A stretch of DNA of 17,039 nucleotides, taken from NCBI RefSeq assembly GCF_006345805.1, contig NW_021824972.1, forward strand, positions 1-17,039, in the 5' to 3' direction. The translations under genes were made by a program, and so were the position numbers. The notes under the pieces were generated by a model, which saw only the letters and a list, made by a program, of their open reading frames with translations, did no database searches and was not told where the DNA came from. Each line of letters opens with the position of its first letter. Position 1 is the first letter of the stretch. Shown in pieces: positions 1 to 9,315 of the stretch. Origin of the DNA: Octopus sinensis. Its lineage: Eukaryota.

Positions 1-39
1 TTTTCCACCTTGTTTCACATTTATGTGTTTACTCCGGTA
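1..39 (+). mobile_element. 3' terminal tail of an upstream copy of the Naiad-type PLE (rest lies outside the window)
   Basis: ttttccaccttgtttcacatttatgtgtttactccggta is the same sequence as 16705-16743 and the reverse complement of the end at ~1714-1752; followed by (TA)n. Confidence 0.9.
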
Positions 40-63
40 TATATATATATATATATATATATG

Positions 64-516
64 GGCATAGGAGTGGCTGTATGGTAAGTAGCTTGCTTAC
101 CAACCACATGGTTCTGAGTTCAGTCCCATTGCATGGCATCTTGGGCAAGTGTCTTCTACTATAGCCTTGGGCCAACCAAAGCATTGTGAGTGGATTTGGT
201 TGACGGAAACTGAAGAAGCCCATTGTATATATGTAATATATATCAGATATATATATATTATATATATATATATATATAATATATATATATATATATAATG
301 TATGTAGTGTGTGATTGTGTGTGTGTATGTTTGTGTGTCCGTGTTTGTCCCCCCAACATCACTTGACAACTGATGCTGGTGTGTTTATGTCTCCGTAACT
401 TAGCGGTTCGGCAAATGAGACCAATAGAATAAGTACTAGGCTTATAAAGAATAAGTCCTGGGGTCGATTTACTTGACTAACGGCCACAATCAAATGACTG
501 AAAGAAGTAAAAGAGT
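64..516 (+). mobile_element. tRNA-derived SINE with an internal (TA)/(TG) microsatellite (octopus-like family)
   Basis: A-box-like TGGCTGTATGG (73-83), B-box-like GAGTTCAGTCC (116-126), CORE-like ccttgggcaagt variant, microsatellite ~225-340, 3' body ending aatgactgaaagaagtaaaagag; family assignment is from recollection. Confidence 0.75.
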
Positions 517-696
517 ATATATATATAAATTTATTATAATGGTTCAACATTATTTGATAAATTTGTTCAAAATTTTTACCGGCATCCTCTCTGTCGCTGG
601 GTATAATCTGCATCTGCGCAGTGGTTTGAAAAGTTAGGATTTACAACCCGTTAGGTCTACATGTGGATCTAGCAGTCTGTATGTCAGGATTCTTAA

Positions 697-778
697 GGCT
701 GTCCCACTGAAGAAACTGGCCTTCAGCAAAAACTTTTTTGCTGAAAATAGTTAGAAACCGTCGGTCTGGGAAATAGTT
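697..778 (+). ncRNA. Type I hammerhead ribozyme motif with long stem II and GUC cleavage triplet
   Basis: Stem I tccca(702-706)/tggga(767-771) extendable past an AA bulge; CTGAAGA 707-713; stem II aact/agtt plus inner ttcagcaaaaa/ttttttgctgaa hairpin; GAAA 754-757; palindromic stem III accg-t-cggt; GTC 764-766. Confidence 0.8.
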
Positions 779-872
779 GAGATGGTAAATGTTTTTAATT
801 TTCATTCTTTTCGTGTATTTATCCTTTTTTGTGTTCTAGCATAATGCTTTCCCATTTGGAAGCCTCTCATTG

Positions 873-903
<31 letters not shown>

Positions 904-949
904 GATGTTTTCATATAACATATTGTTTACATTTTGTGACGTCCTCTAG

Positions 950-986
<37 letters not shown>

Positions 987-1097
987 TGTGCGTACATATA
1001 TGTATGTATACATGCATATCTTTTTTTTAGTTTTTCTCTTTGTGTTTGCATGTTTGGTTTAACTATACACACACACATATATATATATATATACACA

Positions 1098-1344
1098 CAT
1101 CATCATCATCATTTAACGTCCACTTTCCATGCTGACATGGGTTGGACGATTTGACTGAGGACTGACGAATCAGATGGCTGCACCAGGCTCCAATCTGATC
1201 TGGCAGAGTTTCTACAGCTGGATGCCTTTCCTAACGCCAACCACCCTGAGAGTGGAGTGGGTGCTTTTATGTGCCACCGGCACGAGGGCCAGTCAGGCGG
1301 TACTGGCAACGGCCACGCTCAAATGGTGTTTTTTACATACCACC
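1098..1344 (-). mobile_element. Interspersed repeat, probable 3' end of a non-LTR retroelement or SINE with an (ATG)n tail
   Basis: Minus strand ends ...aaagtggacgttaaatgatgatgatg; GC-richer island in AT-rich DNA; a similar tail (cgttaaacgatgatgatgatg) occurs at ~10587-10607. Confidence 0.55.
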
Positions 1345-1531
1345 AATTTCTGAGTACCTCATTTCTTCTAAGTGGAGTTTTCAAATTGTTCAATTTGAAA
1401 ACTCCACCTGAATAGACGCAAGCGCTAATATATATGATATATGTTATATGATGTATAAAAACATGTAATATACAAATAAATATCAGTAAATATAAAACCA
1501 TCCGAATTTCTGAGTACCTCATTTCTTCTAA
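1345..1531. repeat. 27-bp direct repeat pair; the first copy is followed by a 36-bp palindrome
   Basis: aatttctgagtacctcatttcttctaa at 1345-1371 and 1505-1531; gtggagttttcaaattg-tt-caatttgaaaactccac at 1372-1407. Confidence 0.85.
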
Positions 1532-1813
1532 TATAAAATACCTGTACATCATCTCCAAACCTTCCAATATATATATTCCCTTCTTTCCTGAGCGTCAATA
1601 ATACTTTAATTGTTCCACGTCCTGCGTTGCTGTGTTTTTTTCTCATTTTTTTCTCTTTTTTTCTGTGTTTTCTTGTTTGGATTGACTATATATATATAAT
1701 ATATATATATATATACCGGAGTAAACACATAAATGTGAAACAAGGTGTAAAAAGAGTACTCTCAAATACCAGTGGTAGAGTAATATGCTTTATTTTAAGC
1801 AGCAGAAATTCAA

Positions 1814-1863
1814 CAAAATCTGTTACTCTGAGTTTCTCGTTGCCGTTCATCAGACAGTTTTTG
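1814..1863 (-). ncRNA. Minimal type I hammerhead ribozyme of the PLE terminal region
   Basis: Minus strand reads caaaaactgt CTGATGA acggcaacga GAAA ctcagag TA acagattttg. Confidence 0.85.
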
Positions 1864-2870
1864 CTAGAATGGAACATATATATTAATTCAATCTATACTC
1901 TTACAAACGCTACAACGCTACACCTTTAAAAAGAATGGACTTGTTTGATTGGCCCTTTAGAAAAAAACGGTCAATCTTCGAGCGATAAACAAAAAGGTCA
2001 AAAATATATGTATATATATAAAAAAACTTATAAAAATATAAATCCGAGGAAAAAACCGAGGAAAAAACCTATTGCCGTTAATGAAGACAGTACAAATTAA
2101 TGCATAGAAATTAAACCTGTTATAAATACTGCAATACATATTTATATTAAAATCCACATATATATATCAACATACACAAAAGGATGCGCGTAAACGCCAT
2201 ACATACATATACAGACGTATGAATATGAATCTAAATTATACACATAAAAGCATGTGTACATATATTCACGCAAACCGTCTCGCACGCAAGCTAAAATTCA
2301 TCTATGTAGCAATTCTCATATACTGAGCAAGGAGGGGGAACGAAAGAAAGGGAAGAGAGAAAAAGGAACGAAAGAGGGGAGGGGGGAAACTTGTAGCGAT
2401 GTTATTGGCATCTATAGAGGCCAGTATACATACACAAGTTTGAATTGATACATATACATACCGTCGTGTGTATGCGTGCTTAAGCACAAGCATACTTTCA
2501 CTTACTCCACATACACAGATACGCATGCTTACAAATACATATGCTTTGCTATACACAAACTTATATAAACATTCTAAATTTGACAACATTGCTTTTTTTA
2601 AAAAAAACATTGCTTTTAAAAAATGGGTGCATTAATAAAAATATATACGAAAGACATATAAAATAAAATATAACATCCTATTTTGGGTCATTTATAAATA
2701 ATCAAGGTAATATAAATAATCAAGGTAATCCTATGCAATACAATAACATGAAAACAAAGTTTGTAGGTTTTTCCTAATATATATGTAGAAACAATAAGAC
2801 TTTGCTATAGATCCGTCGTAGCGCTTAAGAGTCAAAATCAAAATCAAAAATCAAAATACAAATATATACT

Positions 2871-3926
2871 CTATCCATATGGTATTTTATATTCGACATT
2901 TTAAATTTAGCCGCGTGCCTACATAAGTTCATTAACTCACTTCTTTGATTCAAAGAATTATTGTCTTTGAATAATATGTGCATTTTTTCTAATAAGCAAA
3001 GCTTGCACTTGAAATTATATTTGTAAGCTCCATGCCTGTATGGTGCCGCCCTGTCCAGAATGCTCCATGTCACGTTGAAAGGTGGGGCTTCCTTTTCTTT
3101 TAGTTCCCAGACATTTTGCTAGGCTGGTTTTCTTCCTATTCTCTGGGTATTTAAAAGAATTCTTATGAGAATAAAATCTTGTTTTAAATGAATTTTCTGA
3201 AGCCCCTGTGTATGTCTTGTATTCCGATGAGCCTTCCACTTGCACCTTGGCTCTATAAACCACTCCTTTCACTAGACATTTCCCTTCTAACGGACAGGAG
3301 CTTTCGTTTTTGAAATTACATTTCTTAATGGGCTCGGCACCATGTCTAATCTCAATTAGCTTCCTATTATGTTGGCTAATGTAAGAGGCGAAATTTCTGC
3401 AACAAGAATAGCTAACCTTCAGGGTTCTTCTATTAAATATTCTGTAGAATTTATGACCCTGCTTAAAATGCTTAGAGACTAATCTCAAAAATTCCTTACC
3501 TATATTAGTCTTTACGGCCAAATTGAAAGCCGGGTTGAACCACAAAACTTTCCTGGTCCTAGTTCTTCGTGCAGCATTATTATTAGCATTAAGCTGGTTG
3601 AACTGGATCTTCTCCGAGAATCCACTATTCTTTAATGCGCTATCGTAATAAGGTGCAGCATTATGGAATGCTGCCTCGTCCGAAGAAATTGAAGATATTC
3701 TTCTACCTACATTGCTGACTAAGTTGCTAAGGATAACTGGTGGATGGTTCGAATCTTTGCTAATATACGATAGCTTTTCATTGGGCTTACGGAAAGGTTT
3801 AAATCTATCCGATCTTACATTAAAATTTACGTCTAAAAATCTACACTATTCAGGTTAGTATCTATCGTAATCCGTAAGCCCATCCTTTGAAGAAAGCTAT
3901 AAGGTCCTTCCTAAGTCTATCTGATT
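2871..3926 (-). pseudogene. PLE ORF fragment: RT C-terminus/thumb, Cys/His linker, GIY-YIG endonuclease (frameshifted)
   Basis: DRLRKDL..., [74 protein letters not shown]; ORF track 3015..3545 and 2825..3073. Confidence 0.9.
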
Positions 3927-4973
3927 CTTAGGAAGGACCTTATAGCTTTCTTTCAAAGGATGGGCTTACGGATTACGATAGATACTAACCTGAATAGTGT
4001 AGATTTTTTAGACGTAAATTTTAATGTAAGATGGCGTATAGATTTAAACCTTTCCGTAAGCCCAATGAAAAGCTATCGTATATTAGCAAAGATTCGAACC
4101 ATCCACCAGTTATCCTTAGCAACTTAGTCAGCAATGTAGGTAGAAGAATATCTTCAATTTCTTCGGACGAGGCAGCATTCCATAATGCTGCACCTTATTA
4201 CGATAGCGCATTAAAGAATAGTGGATTCTCGGAGAAGATCCAGTTCAACCAGCTTAATGCTAATAATAATGCTGCACGAAGAACTAGGACCAGGAAAGTT
4301 TTGTGGTTCAACCCGGCTTTCAATTTGGCCGTAAAGACTAATATAGGTAAGGAATTTTTGAGATTAGTCTCTAAGCATTTTAAGCAGGGTCATAAATTCT
4401 ACAGAATATTTAATAGAAGAACCCTGAAGGTTAGCTATTCTTGTTGCAGAAATTTCGCCTCTTACATTAGCCAACATAATAGGAAGCTAATTGAGATTAG
4501 ACATGGTGCCGAGCCCATTAAGAAATGTAATTTCAAAAACGAAAGCTCCTGTCCGTTAGAAGGGAAATGTCTAGTGAAAGGAGTAGTTTATAGAGCCAAG
4601 GTGCAAGTGGAAGGCTCATCGGAATACAAGACATACACAGGGGCTTCAGAAAATTCATTTAAAACAAGATTTTATTCTCATAAGAATTCTTTTAAATACC
4701 CAGAGAAGGAAAACCAGCCTAGCAAAATATGTCTGGGAACTAAAAGAAAAGGAAGCCCCACCTTTCAACGTGACATGGAGCATTCTGGACAGGGCGGCAC
4801 CATACAGGCATGGAGCTTACAAATATAATTTCAAGTGCAAGCTTTGCTTATTAGAAAAAATGCACATATTATTCAAAGACAATAATTCTTTGAATCAAAG
4901 AAGTGAGTTAATGAACTTATGTAGGCACGCGGCTAAATTTAAAATGTCGAATATAAATATACCATATGGATAG
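3927..4973 (+). pseudogene. PLE ORF fragment: RT motifs 6-7, thumb, linker, GIY-YIG endonuclease (at least two frameshifts)
   Basis: LRKDLIAFFQRMGLRITIDTNLNSVDFLDVNFNV from 3927; SNHPP ~4093-4107; GVVYRAKV ~4580-4603; YTG ~4634-4642; TSLAKYVWELK; stop at 4971-4973; ORF track 4031..4828 and 4770..4973. Confidence 0.9.
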
Positions 4974-5960
4974 AGTATATATTTTGTATTTTGATTTTTG
5001 ATTTTGATTTTGACTCTTAGCGCTACGACGGATCTATAGCAAAGTCTTATTGTTTCTACATATATTAGGAAAAACCTACAACTTTGTTTTCATGTTATTG
5101 TATTGCATAGGATTACCTTGATTATTTATATTACCTTGATTATTTATAAATGACCCAAAATAGGATGTTATATTTTATTTTATATGTCTTTCGTATATAT
5201 TTTTATTAATGCACCCATTTTTTAAAAGCAATGTTTTTTTAAAAAAAGCAATGTTGTCAAATTTAGAATGTTTATATAAGTTTGTGTATAGCAAAGCATA
5301 TGTATTTGTAAGCATGCGTATCTGTGTATGTGTAAGTGAAAGTATGCTTGTGCTTAAGCACGCATACACACGACGGTATGTATATGTATCAATTCAAACT
5401 TGTGTATGTATACTGGCCTCTATAGATGCCAATAACATCGCTACAAGTTTTTCCCCCCCCCCTCTTTCGTTCCTTTTTCTCTCTTTCCCTTTCTTTCGTT
5501 CCCCCTCTTGCTCAGTATATGAGAATTGCTACATAGATGAATTTTAGCTTGCGTGCGAGACGGTTTGCGTGAATATATGTACACATGCTTTTATGTGTAT
5601 AATTAGATTCATATTCATACGTCTGTATATGTATGTATGGCGTTTACGCGCATCCTTTTGTGTATGTTGATATATATATGTGGATTTTAATATAAATATG
5701 TATTGCAGTATTTATAACAGGTTTAATTTCTATGCATTAATTTGTACTGTCTTCATTAACGGCAATAGGTTTTTTCCTCGGTTTTTTCCTCGGATTTTAT
5801 AATTTTTATAAGTTTTTTTATATATAATATATTTTGACCTTTTGTTTATCGCTCGAAGATTGACCGTTTTTTCTAAAGGGCCAATCAACAAGTCCATTTC
5901 TTTTAAAGGTGTAGCGTTTGTAAGAGTATAGATTGAATTAATATATATGTTCCATTCTAG

Positions 5961-6010
5961 CAAAAACTGTCTGATGAACGGCAACGAGAAACTCAGAGTA
6001 ACAGATTTTG
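5961..6010 (+). ncRNA. Minimal type I hammerhead ribozyme of the PLE terminal region
   Basis: Stem I caaaaactgt/acagattttg; CTGATGA 5971-5977; a-cg-gcaa-cg-a stem II; GAAA 5988-5991; palindromic stem III actc-a-gagt; GTA 5998-6000. Confidence 0.85.
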
Positions 6011-6651
6011 TTGAATTTTCTGCTGCTTAAAATAAAGTATATATATATATATATACACATATGTATATATATGTGTGTGCGTGTGCGTGTGTGTACACAC
6101 TCTCTCTCTTTCTCACACACACGCACACATATATACAGTCCCATCCATGCTAGCATGGAAGGCGGACGTTATACAATGATGATATATAAATAGGTTTTTA
6201 AAAAATAAGAAAGTTTTAAAGGGACACAACCTGACATCCAAGTACGGAATTAGTTCCCATTACAAAGTATATTTCTTATTGTTTCTTTTTCTTTTTTCGC
6301 CTTCTCGTTATTTTTAAATATTCTTATTGAGTAACCACATAGCATGACCTGAATGATTGGCTGATCATATATGTTATATCTTATATGAAAGAATCCGAAA
6401 TTGAAGTAGCTCACCCATAACTAACATATTTATTAAAGTATACTGGTTCATCGTTCTATGCCAACGATACAATGTAGTTACCATGAAAACAAATAGTTTC
6501 AGCTTGCAATGTGTGCGTGTATCTTCTTTATTGAGATTTTTTTTTCGAAAACATTAGCGCAATTTTCGTGTACAAAACTCAGTCAAAACAACAGTTTTGA
6601 AAAAATATTCAGGTGAAATTGTGAGAAAATTTGAATAGTTGGAAGGAATTT

Positions 6652-6858
6652 AAGATTTCAGAACATTTATAAATAGGTCTTCAAGCTGTTTCTTGAAGAT
6701 GGTGTGAGAAAATAATTAAGCAACAGTTATTCTAGATATTCATATCTTATCTAGAATAACTATTGCTTAACCATTTTTTCACACCGTCTCCGATGAAGGG
6801 ATATATAAATTATCCCGGAAACAGTTGTAAGACCTATTTATAAATGTTCTGAAATCTT
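6652..6858. mobile_element. 207-bp fold-back element, probably PLE-terminus-derived
   Basis: Perfect 30-bp inverted repeats 6652-6681/6829-6858; inner 23-bp arms 6716-6738/6748-6770 with one mismatch; 9-nt loop; asymmetric HHR-like insert in the right arm. Confidence 0.8.
6786..6833 (+). ncRNA. Variant hammerhead motif (CCGAUGA core)
   Basis: gtct CCGATGA a gggata-tataaat-tatccc g GAAA cagttg TA agac; stem III near-palindromic acagttgt. Confidence 0.55.
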
Positions 6859-7047
6859 TCACAGCCTTGGATTTTCATCTCATACTGAAATTTTATATAT
6901 ATATACATATGCTGATATATGACCTACGTTGGACTCCTCATTCGCATAATCACCAAACCTAGAGCATAACTATAGTCTGTCCATAGCACTTACTAAGCAT
7001 TACCTGACACCTTGGGTCTTGTTGACACCATTACCTCTCATAACTTG

Positions 7048-7131
<84 letters not shown>

Positions 7132-7133
<2 letters not shown>

Positions 7134-7275
7134 GATTGCAGCGTGGAAGGTGTTTACAAGCCATTTAAGAAACACAAAAACCGTTAGATTCACTTCAACA
7201 TTTAAATTTAATTAGTCAAAATATTTTCGTCCCTTTGAGACCACGATCTGTTCACTGACAAAACTCCGTGCTTCA
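7132..7275 (-). mobile_element. Short repeat fragment with a degenerate hammerhead-like motif (7214-7260), possible PLE terminus
   Basis: Minus strand gtca GTGAACA g...c GAAA atat TT tgac, with palindromic aaaatatttt; core has two substitutions; flanked by (TA)n. Confidence 0.35.
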
Positions 7276-7665
7276 TCTATATATATATACATATATATAT
7301 ATATGTGTGTGTGTGTAAATAAGAAAATGGAAGAGAACAATAGGTGGTTCATCTTTTGGACATTAAAATATTAACTCATTTATTTATTTATTTATTAAAC
7401 TGATAATTATAATAACATACATACATATAGCATCTTCACCCATTTAATACACTAGGTGATGTAATTGCAATGCAATAAAAAACACTTGTGTATTGATAAT
7501 TGGGTATTCTACCAACAGTATAATGGATAGATATTATCCCTTAGTGAGTTGGATTCACGGCCCCTAGCTTTCTTGGAGTTATATGTATATATGTATGTGT
7601 ATGTACGTATATATATGTGTATGTATATGTATGTATATATATATATGTGTGTATATGTATGTATA

Positions 7666-8036
7666 GTGGAGGCGCAATGGCCCAGTGGTTAGGGCAGCGG
7701 ACTCGCGGTCATAGGATCGCGGTTTCGATTCCCAGACCGGGCGTTGTGAGTGTTTATTGAGCGAAAACACCTTCAAGCTCCACGAGGCTCCGGCAGGGGA
7801 TGGTGGTGATCCCTGCTGTACTCTTTCACCACAACTTTCTCTCACTCTTACTTCCTGTTTCTGTTGTACCTGTATTTCAAGGGGCCGGCCTTGTCACTCT
7901 CTGTGTCACGCTGAATATCCCCAAGAACTACGTTAAGGGTGCACGTGTCTGAAGGAGTGCTCAGCCACTTACACGTTAATTTCACGAGCAGGCTGTTCCG
8001 TTGATTCGGATCAACTGGAACCCTCATCGTCGTAAC
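7666..8036 (+). mobile_element. tRNA-derived SINE (second family)
   Basis: A box TGGCCCAGTGG 7678-7688, B-box-like GGTTTCGATTCC 7721-7732, ~300-nt non-tRNA body, embedded between (TA)/(TATG) microsatellites. Confidence 0.8.
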
Positions 8037-8276
8037 ATATGTATGTATATATGCATGTGTATATATGTATGTATATATATATATGTATGTATATATATAT
8101 GCATGTATATGTATGTATGCATATATTATATATATGTATGTATGCATATATATATATGTATGTATGTATATATATGTGTGTGTGTATGTATCCTCAGTCA
8201 CGAGTGGACGGCCATCATCATATATGTATATATATATATGTGTGTGTGGTATGTGTATATATATATGTATGTATGC

Positions 8277-8310
<34 letters not shown>

Positions 8311-8551
8311 GCATGTATATATATGTATATATATGTATGTATATATATGCATGTATATATATGCATGTATATATATGCATGTATATATATGCATGTATAT
8401 ATATGTGTGTATATATATGTATGTATATATGTGTGTATATATATATATGTAGGTATATGTATATATATATGTATGTATATATATGTGTATATATGTATGA
8501 ATATGTATATATGTGTATATATGTATATGTAGATATATATATATATATGTG
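8037..8551. repeat. Compound (TA)/(TATG)/(TGCA) microsatellite array
   Basis: Directly visible; source of the Y/I/M/C/V-rich spurious ORFs. Confidence 0.95.
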
Positions 8552-8754
8552 TATTACATTATATAAAAGGGCTTAGTAAAATAAATTACTTTGCCGCATA
8601 CTGAACTCGTTAGAAATAGCAGCTAAAAAAACTTTTTATAAAACTATTCTAACACTTAAAGAAAAATCCTCTATATAGTGTTTGCTCAATTCAACTCAAG
8701 AGTATGGGGGGATAGAGAGGGTAGAGACATAAAAAATCAAATGCAAAGGTTATT

Positions 8755-8807
8755 TGAGTACGTACGTTTCAAGATTAGTCAAATTCGACCCTTCTCTCAT
8801 CAGCTCA
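8755..8807 (-). ncRNA. Type I hammerhead ribozyme motif, unit 1
   Basis: Minus strand tgag CTGATGA gagaagggtcgaatttgactaatctt GAAA cgtacg TA ctca; palindromic stem III ACGTACGT. Confidence 0.8.
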
Positions 8808-9315
8808 GAATGCCCTTGTTTGAATTTGAAAACACTGAAAATGGGAGCATACCCTTTCGGCCTGTTATCGCTTCTGAGGATCTGTTCCAAATAACAGTGC
8901 CAACAAACTCAAATATGCCAAGCGAAGAATTTCTGCTCTCCCCTTTCCACCAGCGTGGGTTAAAATCAGCAAACACTATGCTTTTCGGTAAAATCCGAGA
9001 CATTAAGTAGAGAGAGATGAATTATAATTTTAAACAATTGAGGGTAAAATTAATTAATTAATTAATCAATTTCACCAAGTATTCAGTATGCAAAGGGACC
9101 ATTTAAGGCGAATTCAAATTATTACATTATATAAAAGGGCTTAGTAAAATAAATTACTTTGCGCATACTGAACTCGTTAGAAATAGCAGCTAAAAAAACT
9201 TTTTATAAAACTATTTCTAACACTTAAAGAAAATCTCTCTCATATAGTGTTTGCCAATTCAACTCAAGAAAGTATGGGGGTTAGAGACATTAAAAAAATC
9301 AATGCAAAGGTTATT

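Larger units (their letters stand above)
1716..3926 (-). mobile_element. 5'-truncated Penelope-like element (Naiad-type), left arm of fold-back
   Basis: Reverse complement of 3927-6037 plus ~70 extra terminal bases; RT C-terminus, GIY-YIG, ~1-kb 3' region, HHR, terminus abutting (TA)n. Confidence 0.93.
3927..6037 (+). mobile_element. 5'-truncated Penelope-like element (Naiad-type), right arm of fold-back
   Basis: Starts cttaggaaggacc (LRKDL); ends at aataaag 37 nt after the predicted HHR cleavage site, then (TA)n. Confidence 0.93.

Noticed and set aside
1155-1180. CTGAGGA and CTGACGA hammerhead-like heptamers
   Set aside because: No correctly placed GAAA, stem III or NUH downstream; the same applies to CTGAAGA at ~210 and CTGAGGA at ~8875
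1425-1646. IYIG in a 73-aa minus-strand ORF as a possible GIY-YIG fragment
   Set aside because: No second motif or downstream catalytic R/E/N pattern; IYI arises readily from TA-rich DNA
3916-3926. Sequencing-adapter remnant at the palindrome centre
   Set aside because: The loop is 11 nt, does not resemble a SMRTbell adapter and continues the RT frame on the minus strand; an artefact is not fully excluded without reads
3927-5960. Selenoprotein-type Naiad (in-frame TGA at Cys positions plus SECIS), reported for some Naiads
   Set aside because: All visible Cys positions use TGT/TGC (or TTC); the TGA near 4770 is out of the reconstructed frame; no convincing AUGA..AA..GA SECIS hairpin was found by eye. 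The missing 5' part of the ORF cannot be assessed
7666-7745. Possible tRNA gene
   Set aside because: A and B boxes are present but there is no convincing acceptor stem or terminator T-run, and it continues into a ~300-nt repeat body; treated as a SINE head
8191-8220. tcctcagtca and agtggacg matching pieces of the 1098-1344 family
   Set aside because: Only 10 and 8 nt of identity; could be chance
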